Positions 61,058-64,000 of a DNA stretch of 64,000 bases are shown here, one piece after another. The position numbers and the translations under genes are program-made. The stretch covers positions 576,001 through 640,000 of the forward strand of contig JBJOMY010000001.1 of NCBI GenBank assembly GCA_046052125.1. Reading direction: 5' to 3'. This stretch comes from Cyanobacteriota bacterium (lineage in GTDB: Bacteria > Cyanobacteriota > Cyanobacteriia > PCC-6307 > Cyanobiaceae). The notes beneath the pieces were generated by a model. It saw only the letters and a list, made by a program, of their open reading frames with translations. It made no database searches and was not told where the DNA came from. Positions within the stretch are counted from its first letter, which is position 1. Every line of letters begins with the position of its first letter.

Positions 61058-62415
61058 AAGCGGCCCGTTCGCCTGCCCCGGAGTTGCTGTGGCACGCCCG
61101 TCTGCGCCTGGCAGGCCTGTCGGTGCTGGTGATGGGCACGCTCCTCTACGCCGCCGGCTTCTCGATGGGACGGCTGTTACTACAAAGCCAGGAGCGAGCG
61201 ATCCGGCGTGAACTGCAGACCCTGGCCGGGACCCTGCACGACAGCCTCAAGCCCGCCCTGCCCCAGCAGGCCAGACCCTCCGCCGCACTCGCTGCGGTAC
61301 TTCCGGGTCTGTGTGTGGAAGGCGAGCCCTGCCGTCCGCCCACGGATCTGCTCCACCGCCATGCGATCAGCGCCAGCGATCCCGACCGCTACAAGCTGCG
61401 GTTCTTCGATCACCACGGCAGCTTGATCGCCAGCTCTCCTGGCGCCTTGCCCGTGGGGCCAGAACCGGAGCAGCTGGGCTGGACCCTCTCCAGTGAGCGG
61501 GCCACGGAACGCTGGGGCACCTACGGGATTCACCTGCATCACAGCAACGGCCCGGATGAGCCGATCTGGGGCTACCTGCAGATCTCCAGCAGCCTGGCGA
61601 ACTTGGACGCGGAAGCGCAGCGCCTGTGGTGGCTGGGCCATGGCGTGTTCCTGCTCGCCATGCTGGGCATCGGCGGGGCGAGCTGGTGGCTGGCCGGTCT
61701 GGCTATGGCGCCGCTGCTGGAGGCCTACCGGCGCCAGGAGCAGTTCAGCGCCGATGTGGCCCATGAGCTACGCACGCCCCTGGCCAACCTGCTGGCGCTT
61801 GTTGAAGCCGAGCGCAGCTCCATCCCTGATCGGCCCCACTCCAAGGCGGAAGCCAGCCTGGAGCGGGTGCTGAACCAGGGGCGACGCCTTCAGCGACTGA
61901 TCAGCGATCTGTTGCTGCTGGCCAGCCTCGAGCGCCCCTCTTCCGAGAGCAAACAACAAGTGTGCGATCTGGCCGAGATCAGCGCGGATGTGCTGGAGGA
62001 CTTCGGGGAACTGGCTGCCCTAGCCCAGGTGAAGCTGGCGCAGGGAGCATGGGTGGCCCCCGCCCTGGTGCGGGGTGTGGACTCCGAACTGAGCCGACTG
62101 GTGATCAACCTGCTGAGCAACGCCATTCAGCACAGCCCTGCCGGGGGGCGTGTCGGTGTGGAGCTGCAGCAGCGCGGCCGCGAGATTCGGCTGTCCATTC
62201 GTGACAGCGGCCCTGGTATTCCAGCGGCTGAGCAGGAACACATCTTTGATCGCTTCACCCGCCTGGACCCAGCCCGCTCCCGGCAGCAGGGCGGAACGGG
62301 CCTGGGCCTGGCCATCGCAAAGGCCATCGCCCTTCGGCATGGGGGCAGGATCACGGTGGAGTCGTCCCCGGGGGAAGGCAGCTGCTTCGACGTGGTTTTG
62401 CCAGCCTCAACCTGA
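61054..62415 (+). CDS. Sensor histidine kinase (NrsS/RppB-like)
   Basis: Two TM helices, HELRTP H-box, NLLSNA N-box, DSGPG and GTGLGL. Confidence 0.93.
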   Translation: MKAARSPAPELLWHARLRLAGLSVLVMGTLLYAAGFSMGRLLLQSQERAIRRELQTLAGTLHDSLKPALPQQARPSAALAAVLPGLCVEGEPCRPPTDLLHRHAISASDPDRYKLRFFDHHGSLIASSPGALPVGPEPEQLGWTLSSERATERWGTYGIHLHHSNGPDEPIWGYLQISSSLANLDAEAQRLWWLGHGVFLLAMLGIGGASWWLAGLAMAPLLEAYRRQEQFSADVAHELRTPLANLLALVEAERSSIPDRPHSKAEASLERVLNQGRRLQRLISDLLLLASLERPSSESKQQVCDLAEISADVLEDFGELAALAQVKLAQGAWVAPALVRGVDSELSRLVINLLSNAIQHSPAGGRVGVELQQRGREIRLSIRDSGPGIPAAEQEHIFDRFTRLDPARSRQQGGTGLGLAIAKAIALRHGGRITVESSPGEGSCFDVVLPAST

Positions 62416-62496
62416 CGATCTCTGGACAGAAGATCGGGCCCGGGGTTCTGCCTTTCTCGTTCCGGCTGAGAAGCTGGATCAAACAAAAGAGCTCCG

Positions 62497-62691
62497 ATGG
62501 GCGATCACGACGGGCAGAAGCTCACCCCCCGAGAGATGGTTCGGGCCCATGCCTACCCCGTGCTTGCTGCGGTGAGCACAGTGGCCTTGGTGGTTATCGC
62601 TGCCAGTCTCGTGCCCATCGCTAGACAGGCCGACCACATGAATCGCTGTCTTGCCGTACCCGGTGGCGCCGGCTGCCATCGATTCCGTTGA
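62497..62691 (+). CDS. Small membrane protein
   Basis: 64-aa ATG ORF with one TM helix, followed by a hairpin. Confidence 0.55.
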   Translation: MGDHDGQKLTPREMVRAHAYPVLAAVSTVALVVIAASLVPIARQADHMNRCLAVPGGAGCHRFR

Positions 62692-62711
62692 AGGGCACAA
62701 GGCACAACAAC

Positions 62712-62740
62712 GCCCGGGGCATTGCCCCGGGCATTTGTCT
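62712..62740 (+). terminator. Probable intrinsic terminator
   Basis: Perfect 9-bp stem GCCCGGGGC-ATT-GCCCCGGGC followed by atttgtct. Confidence 0.65.
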
Positions 62741-63378
62741 GCTCAGCCGTGGTGCCGTCCCAAGGTGGTCGGGCGCAGCTGTGCGATGGATTGCGTTGAA
62801 ACAGCCTGATCGTTTTCAGATCAGGTGGTTTTCAGTTGTGGTCGGAGCTGCCGGCGCTGGCACCTGGGGCCAGGTGTCGATTGGGACGTTCCGTTGGGTC
62901 CGGGGCACCTAGGGCGATGCAGTGGACGGCGACTGGCTTGACACGCCAGGAACGTCAGTAGATCCGTCGAGAGTGTTGGAGCAGGGGCCGGATCGTCAGC
63001 GCGCTCCTACTGGCTGCTCAGGGGGGGTGTCTTCCATCAATGGAGCCTCCGAATCCCGTTGCAGCCACGATGGATCGGGCGGCAAGGCCGAGCAAGGGCA
63101 GCACGCCGATCGACACCGCTCTTCACCGGGGGCAATGGGAGTTCATGAAGGGGGCTTCATGGCCCGACCTGTAGCGGCAGGCGGTTTCCTTCGGGTCCAG
63201 TAGCCAAGGCCCCGGCACCAAAGGGATTCTCCCGTGAGGTTGTGCAAGAGGGTTCCCTGCGCCAGGGCACTGGCGATCACATCACCCGGCCTGCCCCAGC
63301 GCCTGCACCGCGCAAGGGCTGAACGCGAGTCGCTGCGCGCCCCTTCCGCGGCACTGACGGCACCGGGGCGAGACGGCG

Positions 63379-63648
63379 GTGTCGTTCGCCAGCACAGCTA
63401 TGGCCGCCACCCTCCTTCCCCTCTCGCTCCATCCCGTTCGCCCAGCTGCAGCTGAGCGGCACTGCCCGATCCGCATCATCTCGGTGCATCTGCTGGATGC
63501 CGCAGGCCAGCTGCTGCGGGTGCTCTTCCTCGATCGCGAGGGGCACATCACTGCCCAGCCGCACTATGTGCCCAGGGCAGAAGCCCTGATCCTTGCGGCC
63601 AATCAGCAGCGGGTGCTCGGCGCCCAGGCCCGGGTGCAGGTGCTCTGA
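63379..63648 (+). CDS. Hypothetical protein
   Basis: ~89-aa ORF upstream of the nuclease; start uncertain (GTG 63379 or ATG 63400). Confidence 0.5.
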   Translation: MSFASTAMAATLLPLSLHPVRPAAAERHCPIRIISVHLLDAAGQLLRVLFLDREGHITAQPHYVPRAEALILAANQQRVLGAQARVQVL

Positions 63649-63776
63649 GGCGCTGGCACGCATCAGCGCAGCAGGCCCGGCAGGCAGTGCTGGGCCGTAA
63701 ATCCCTGCGGCAGGGCCCCGCTTCCTGCCAGTTATGCGGGGACTGCATGAAAGATCGCCTGAGGCAGAGTCGATCC

Positions 63777-64000
63777 ATGCCCCGACGTGTTCACGCCGCC
63801 AGCACCCTGGCTGTCGCGCTGGCCCTGCTGCCGATGGCCATGGCCCAGGCGCCGGTCGGCGCCAGTTCCGGAGCCACCGTGATTTCCGTTGGCGATGGCG
63901 ACACCATCCGCGTGCGGATGAACGAGAAGCCGATCACCGTGCGGCTGGCCTGCATCGATGCCCCCGAAACGGCCCAGAGCCCCTACGGCCAGCAGTCCCG
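63777..64000 (+). CDS. Thermonuclease (SNase-like), 3' end beyond window
   Basis: Signal peptide then VISVGDGDTIRV...VRLACIDAPE. Absent from the ORF track because it is truncated by the window edge. Confidence 0.9.
   Translation, partial: MPRRVHAASTLAVALALLPMAMAQAPVGASSGATVISVGDGDTIRVRMNEKPITVRLACIDAPETAQSPYGQQS

Noticed and set aside
62740..63370. ORFs 62688..62912, 62922..63203, 63234..63455
   Set aside because: No motifs, and the minus-strand frames are broken by stops; possibly decayed DNA.

Overview
This looks like a picocyanobacterial (Synechococcus/Cyanobium-like) genomic island region. That assignment is inferred from the gene families present, and no core housekeeping genes are visible. 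(1) Bases <1-28578 (minus strand) hold one uninterrupted reading frame of more than 9,500 codons. It is missing from the supplied ORF track because it runs off the left edge without a stop. It encodes a giant filamentous-haemagglutinin/TpsA-type surface protein with a TPS domain, PATR repeats, about 30 YDG-type repeats and near-perfect 489-bp and 207-bp tandem repeats. (2) Bases 28.7-43.3 kb carry a divergent XRE-like regulator and many small exported proteins. These include two different lysozyme inhibitors (MliC/PliC and PliI), an SH3b protein, an HExxH protein, an autotransporter and a Tat-type metallophosphoesterase, plus a DUF429 protein. (3) A 3'-half copy of tRNA-Lys(UUU) at 43348-43394 marks the att boundary of an integrative element that extends past the right edge. 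The element encodes a second XRE-like protein, an ERF-like fragment, a RecE-like exonuclease, a RecT-like protein, SSB, Fic, SLOG, Gp157, Rad52/22, a LexA-box-preceded Cys/His protein and DUF1651. It also carries a heavy-metal RND efflux cargo with a two-component system, and the start of a thermonuclease. All family calls come from motif recognition by eye; no database searches were run.
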